Source: Octopus vulgaris
Taxonomy: Eukaryota
Assembly: GCA_951406725.2 (NCBI GenBank)
Contig: OX597828.1
Location: forward strand, 44,516,001-44,580,000
Reading direction: 5' to 3'
Length of the DNA: 64,000 bases
Both the position numbers and the translations under genes were made by a program. Below are positions 62,059 to 64,000 of the stretch, one piece after another (the stretch's first letter is position 1; every line of letters starts with the position of its first letter). The notes beneath the pieces were generated by a model that searched no databases, had not been told where the DNA came from, and saw only the letters and a program-made list of their open reading frames with translations.

Positions 62059-63746
62059 TTGTGTTTCTGTGTTTGTCCCCCTAGCATTGCTTGACAACCG
62101 ATGCTGGTGTGTTCATGTCCCCGTCACTGAATGGTTTGGCAAAAAGAGACCGATAGAATAAGTACTGGGCTTACAAAGAATAAGTCCCGGGATCGAGTTG
62201 CTCCATTAAAGGTGGTGCTCCAGCATGGCCGCAGTCAAATGACTGAAACAAGTAAAAGAGAGAGAGAGTTGGCAAAATCATTACTATGCAAGACAAGATG
62301 CTTAGTGACATTTCGTGTTTTTATGTTCTGGGTTCAAATCCCACTGGGACTGGCTTTGCCTTTGATCTTTATGAGTTTGATAAATAAGTACCATTTGAGC
62401 ACTGGGGTTGATTTAGTTGACTTGACCCCATCCTCCAAAACTGCTGGCCTTGTGCCGAACTTTGAAGTCATTACTGTTATCATCATCATCATCATTGGAA
62501 CAAGGTGGTTATTTGGTAGTTTCCGTAAAGCAATCAACAATCTGCTGTTTAGTTATGTATCTTCAGGTTTTGAGTTCAAACACAGCAAGTGTCGACTTTG
62601 ATCTTCATTCTTTCAGGGCCAATACTAGAGTCAAAATTTAATGAACTAACCATCCCACCACTGTCTACCTAAGAATATTTCTCACCTTTTGCCTTTGTTG
62701 AAGCATTTTTTAAAATGAAAAACATGTAAAGGTCTATGCTTTCCTTATTGTTGTCTCTCTCTCTCTGCCTTGTCAGGCTATCGTACGATCTATTGTTGAA
62801 GTGTTGGTAACAGAAGAGAGAGAACTTGGCTTGCAACAGCCTGCTGGTATTGGACAAAGACCCATTTCAATGGGTAAGTATTGCTTCGTCTAAAACATAC
62901 TGAAGGACGATACCCCAGTTATTGTCACAGTTCAATGATGGAAATAAGTACAAAAAGAAAATTACAAAACAAAAAAAAGTACACTGATCAATGGAACAGC
63001 CTACTTGGGAAATTAACATGAAAGTGGCCGAGCACTCCTCAGACATGTGTACCATTAATATAAGTTCTCAGGGAGATTCAGTGTGACACAGAATGCAACA
63101 AGGCTGGCCCTTTGAAATACAGGTTCTGGAAAATACAATATAGTTGTTATAATGATGGTGATAGATCAGTATTTTTAAAATTTTTTTATATCAAATTGCA
63201 TCTAGATTAAAAATGGTGATTAATGTCTTTGACTATTAACCTCAAATTTGTTAGCAATATTTATGTTTATACTGTCTTCAAATATCATCAAATGATTTAT
63301 CCCTGGATGTATACTTATTACCAGATTGGATTTGATCTTGGTTTCGAAATGAACTTCCTTCATTTGAACCTAGTCTGTTATCATGTATGAAGATGAGCTG
63401 AGATCAAACTGATCAGACCATAGTGCAGATGTAAATACTAAAGAAACCCTTTCATTTTTTTTTCTTTTATTTTTCATCTCTGAAAAATGAGGTTAATTAA
63501 TAATTTGAATAATTGTAGTCTTAATTAATGATTGGTCTCAGACATTTAAACATTTCGAGCCAATAATGCTTTGTAACCATTCCTTGAAATATTCTCTTTA
63601 TTTGCATTCTTCAGCTGCGGAATCAATTCTCTCTAGTGTTGGTAACCAAAGTTGTATTGATTCTGAAGACCCGAATGACGACCGGTCGCGGATGGCAAAG
63701 CGAAGTTCAGCACTAAGTGCATCTTCCAAAAAGAAAGATTCCACAA
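7398..63746 (+). CDS. YTHDC2: YTHDC2-like 3'-5' DExH RNA helicase; spliced gene with 28 coding exons traced, 5' start uncertain, continues past window end
   Basis: Manual splicing of 28 GT-AG exons gives one frame (3656 nt) with consistent phases. Motifs seen: R3H (ERAYIH), [19 protein letters not shown], ankyrin insert, STNIAET, QRKGRAGR, HA2, and YTHDC2-specific stretches ([39 protein letters not shown]). Confidence 0.95.
8688..8778 (+). CDS. YTHDC2: YTHDC2 exon (R3H)
   Basis: [31 protein letters not shown]; tag| and |gtaag. Confidence 0.93.
8875..9177 (+). mobile_element. Isolated RTE 3' tail (representative of more than 20 copies in both orientations)
   Basis: GGTGGCACGTAAAAAGCACC...GGTTGGCGTTAGGAAGGGCATCCAGC...CCCATGCTAGCATGG...(GAT)n, same as the end of the 31800-33410 element. 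Confidence 0.85.
10897..11081 (+). CDS. YTHDC2: YTHDC2 exon
   Basis: [12 protein letters not shown]...[16 protein letters not shown]; cag| and |gtaag. Confidence 0.92.
12170..12560. repeat. Interspersed repeat adjoining an (ATT)n tract, probably a retroposon 3' end on the - strand
   Basis: Near-identical sequence at 30757-30950, also next to a long (ATT)n run. Confidence 0.65.
12629..12828 (+). CDS. YTHDC2: YTHDC2 exon (Walker A, motif I)
   Basis: [11 protein letters not shown]...[14 protein letters not shown]; cag| and |gttag. Confidence 0.94.
12848..13063. mobile_element. Mariner-type MITE (~215 bp)
   Basis: TIR-like GAGGGGGTGCTGAAAAGTTCCTGGCTTT with TA flanks; related copies at about 14120-14340, 23399-23559, 48057-48230. 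Confidence 0.7.
14402..14765 (+). mobile_element. Non-autonomous Helitron-like element
   Basis: A|TC...TATATAAA start, subterminal hairpin CCCGGCAACGCCAGG, CTAA|T end. Confidence 0.7.
17835..18001 (+). CDS. YTHDC2: YTHDC2 exon (motif Ia)
   Basis: VPQIIL...[40 protein letters not shown]. Confidence 0.94.
18142..18215 (-). pseudogene. tRNA-Ser(AGA) pseudogene
   Basis: Minus strand reads GGCCGAGTGGTTAAGGTGATGGATTAGAAATCCATTGGGATCTCCCTGCATAGGTTCGAATCCTATCGGCAACG: D arm, AGA anticodon, long variable arm and T arm present; 5' acceptor strand missing. Confidence 0.85.
19635..19737 (+). CDS. YTHDC2: YTHDC2 exon (motif Ib)
   Basis: [34 protein letters not shown]; aag| and |gtaag. Confidence 0.93.
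21032..22248 (+). mobile_element. Full-length decayed Tc1-family DNA transposon
   Basis: 30-bp TIR CAGGGGTTGGACAAAATAATGGAAACACCT; transposase fragments ([24 protein letters not shown]) broken by stops and frameshifts; sits at the end of a (TA)n tract. Confidence 0.93.
22643..22677 (+). ncRNA. Minimal type I hammerhead motif (Penelope-type)
   Basis: GUUU-CUGAAGA-A-GAGC(UUU)GCUC-GAA-ACAU-A-AAAC; related copies at 31450-31485, 34967-35001, 39037-39070. Confidence 0.6.
22788..22928. repeat. Near-perfect inverted repeat (63-bp arms, 15-nt loop)
   Basis: 22788-22850 is the reverse complement of 22866-22928 with one G-U-compatible difference. Confidence 0.95.
24509..24906. mobile_element. Penelope-like remnant: ~125-bp inverted arms, each with a hammerhead motif
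   Basis: Arms 24509-24633 and 24782-24906; hammerhead motifs at 24541-24602(-) and 24814-24874(+). Confidence 0.65.
25517..25673 (+). CDS. YTHDC2: YTHDC2 exon (motif II DEIH, motif III SAA)
   Basis: [14 protein letters not shown]...[17 protein letters not shown]. Confidence 0.94.
27732..27786 (+). CDS. YTHDC2: YTHDC2 exon
   Basis: [18 protein letters not shown]; cag| and |gtgag. Confidence 0.9.
28775..28827 (+). CDS. YTHDC2: YTHDC2 exon
   Basis: [18 protein letters not shown]; phases fit both neighbours; |gtgag. Confidence 0.82.
29095..29412 (-). mobile_element. tRNA-derived SINE with CORE-like TTGAGCAAGACACTT segment
   Basis: Minus-strand head GGCGCATGGCTCAGTGGTTAGAGCGTCGAGCTTACGA... is tRNA-like; fragments at about 36850-36963 and 47315-47400. 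Confidence 0.65.
30266..30396 (+). CDS. YTHDC2: YTHDC2 exon
   Basis: [12 protein letters not shown]...LDKALE, comparable to vertebrate EKQQTTLTEW. Confidence 0.85.
31800..33410 (+). mobile_element. 5'-truncated RTE LINE: RT end, PHD-like finger, C-terminus, tandem-repeat 3' UTR and (GAT)n tail
   Basis: NLAKTK...[14 protein letters not shown] 32187-32651 ([18 protein letters not shown]), ~60-bp unit array at 32720-33245, tail ending in GATGATGAT. Confidence 0.92.
33993..34131 (+). CDS. YTHDC2: YTHDC2 exon (tandem acceptor, start 33993 or 33996)
   Basis: [26 protein letters not shown]...IINESIS; |gtaag. Confidence 0.9.
36179..36371 (+). CDS. YTHDC2: YTHDC2 exon (ankyrin repeats)
   Basis: [20 protein letters not shown]...[14 protein letters not shown]...LELLESY. 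Confidence 0.94.
36428..36568. repeat. Minisatellite, ~18-20-bp unit (TGGTCATGAGGAGTT core)
   Basis: About six direct repeats visible. Confidence 0.9.
37222..37397 (+). CDS. YTHDC2: YTHDC2 exon
   Basis: ...[30 protein letters not shown]. Confidence 0.92.
38103..38190 (+). CDS. YTHDC2: YTHDC2 exon (motif IV)
   Basis: [26 protein letters not shown]. Confidence 0.93.
39760..39847 (+). CDS. YTHDC2: YTHDC2 exon
   Basis: [29 protein letters not shown]. Confidence 0.93.
40609..40726 (-). pseudogene. Dispersed full-length 5S rRNA copy, probable pseudogene
   Basis: Minus strand GCTTACGGCAATATCACGTTGAAAGCACCGGTTCTCGTCCGATCACC...GTTAAGC...TTAGTACTTAGATGGGTGAC...; 118 nt; several transitions and no downstream T-run terminator. 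Confidence 0.9.
41762..41842 (+). CDS. YTHDC2: YTHDC2 exon (motif V)
   Basis: [27 protein letters not shown]. Confidence 0.94.
43379..43461 (+). CDS. YTHDC2: YTHDC2 exon (start of motif VI)
   Basis: [28 protein letters not shown]. Confidence 0.93.
43517..43564 (+). ncRNA. Type I hammerhead ribozyme, intact core
   Basis: Stem I CUGUUG/CAGCAG, core CUGAAGA, stem II AGAG/CUCU, GAA, stem III AUG/CAU, AUC triplet with predicted cut after 43558. Confidence 0.8.
43824..43869 (+). ncRNA. Second tandem type I hammerhead ribozyme
   Basis: Stem I GUUG/CAGC, CUGAAGA, stem II GUAG/CUAU, GAA, palindromic AUGCAUGCAU, predicted cut after C43865. Confidence 0.78.
44947..45104. repeat. 79-bp direct tandem duplication within an AT-rich DNA-element remnant
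   Basis: ATTATTTTCTAAATTAATTGAAGCAGAG... occurs at 44947 and 45026. Confidence 0.85.
45259..45641 (+). mobile_element. tRNA-derived SINE family C (tRNA-Arg-like head)
   Basis: GGAGGCGCAATGGCCCAGTGGTTAGGGCAGTGGACTCGCGG...GTTTCGATTCC; related heads at 28065 and about 19277. Confidence 0.75.
45683..45788 (+). CDS. YTHDC2: YTHDC2 exon (end of motif VI)
   Basis: [35 protein letters not shown]. Confidence 0.94.
46290..46409 (+). CDS. YTHDC2: YTHDC2 exon (winged helix/HA2)
   Basis: [20 protein letters not shown]...[10 protein letters not shown]. Confidence 0.93.
47417..47795. mobile_element. TTAA-type (piggyBac-like) MITE, family 2
   Basis: CCCTTTTGTTA...TAACAAAAGGG|TTAA termini; interior related to about 44720-45000. 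Confidence 0.6.
48707..48872 (+). CDS. YTHDC2: YTHDC2 exon (HA2)
   Basis: [22 protein letters not shown]...[18 protein letters not shown]. Confidence 0.94.
50024..50130 (+). CDS. YTHDC2: YTHDC2 exon
   Basis: [19 protein letters not shown]...[11 protein letters not shown]. Confidence 0.92.
51346..51945. repeat. Tandem repeat, ~238-bp unit, about 2.5 copies
   Basis: ACCGTTTAAATGTTTTGAAC at 51346, 51584 and 51821. Confidence 0.92.
52732..53116 (+). mobile_element. Non-autonomous Helitron-like element
   Basis: A|TC start with TATATAAACGGCA, subterminal GC hairpin (GCAACGCCGGG), CTAG|T end; termini shared with 14402-14765. Confidence 0.75.
54031..54250. mobile_element. piggyBac-like MITE inserted into a family B SINE
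   Basis: TTAA|CCCTTTAG...CTAAAGGG|TTAA splits the SINE motif GATAAA-TTAA-GTACCAG; other copies at about 40838-41054 and 36960-37106. Confidence 0.85.
54734..54828 (+). CDS. YTHDC2: YTHDC2 exon
   Basis: [32 protein letters not shown]. Confidence 0.93.
54845..55455. repeat. ~610-bp polypyrimidine compound microsatellite (GACTCTCTCTTTCTCTTTCTCTCT-like units)
   Basis: Directly visible. Confidence 0.95.
56280..56456 (+). CDS. YTHDC2: YTHDC2 exon (start of OB fold)
   Basis: [25 protein letters not shown]...[13 protein letters not shown]. Confidence 0.95.
57224..57758. mobile_element. Degenerate hAT-like MITE with GACTCC-type subterminal repeats, interrupted by a family B SINE
   Basis: CAGGGCTGCAGAGT start and ACTCCACAGCTCT end; multiple GACTCY repeats. 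Confidence 0.5.
57807..58051 (+). CDS. YTHDC2: YTHDC2 exon (OB fold)
   Basis: KEMKIRLH...[10 protein letters not shown]...[18 protein letters not shown]. Confidence 0.92.
59697..59833 (+). CDS. YTHDC2: YTHDC2 exon
   Basis: ...[29 protein letters not shown]. Confidence 0.9.
60020..61350. repeat. Minisatellite with 57/67/69-bp variants and a 250-bp higher-order repeat
   Basis: Unit GTATTACCAAATGCACACAGAATTCCTGTTAAATAGCATATTCTGCTTGTTCTGACT. Confidence 0.93.
61449..61544 (+). CDS. YTHDC2: YTHDC2 exon
   Basis: [32 protein letters not shown]. Confidence 0.94.
62777..62873 (+). CDS. YTHDC2: YTHDC2 exon
   Basis: [32 protein letters not shown]. Confidence 0.93.
63615..63746 (+). CDS. YTHDC2: YTHDC2 exon (low-complexity linker before the expected YTH domain)
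   Basis: Phase-1 compatible open exon [12 protein letters not shown]...KKKDST; cag| and |gtaatt; little homology support. Confidence 0.7.
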
Positions 63747-64000
63747 GTAATTGCAATTGTTCTAATTGTTGTTGCTGCTGCTGTTGTTGCTGTTTGTTTT
63801 GTTGCTGCTATTTCATTATGTCTTTCTTTGGTTCTTGCTTACATTTTGGAACTAATTACAATTAGTGATCTTCAAACTTCAGACTCACAACCCACATTCC
63901 ATTTTGGAGTAACATATCTAAAATTCCTTAAAGCCTTCTAATACATGATAATCTCTAACACATGATAATCTCTGCTGTTACTTCCCTGTGTGTGTGTGTG

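Overview
Eukaryotic, AT-rich, repeat-dense genomic DNA. The SINE and RTE repertoire and the 5S sequence suggest an octopus (coleoid cephalopod); this is inference. Most of the window is one + strand multi-exon gene, a YTHDC2 orthologue (R3H, DExH RecA1, ankyrin insert, RecA2, HA2, OB fold). I traced 28 GT-AG exons from 7398 to 63746 that splice in one open frame of about 1218 codons. The YTH domain is not reached in this window, and the start exon(s) are uncertain. Introns contain RTE LINE fragments and many RTE 3' tails, several tRNA-derived SINE families, a decayed Tc1 transposon, Helitron, piggyBac-type, mariner-type and Merlin-type MITEs, a 5S rRNA pseudogene, a tRNA-Ser pseudogene and satellites. 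The most notable feature is a set of hammerhead-ribozyme motifs. These include an apparently intact sense-strand tandem pair 307 nt apart just downstream of an exon donor (retrozyme-like, predicting a ~307-nt self-excised RNA), an inverted pair, and several minimal Penelope-type copies. The RTE 3' UTR also carries a tandemly amplified candidate pseudoknot. Most short ORFs in the supplied track are repeat artefacts.
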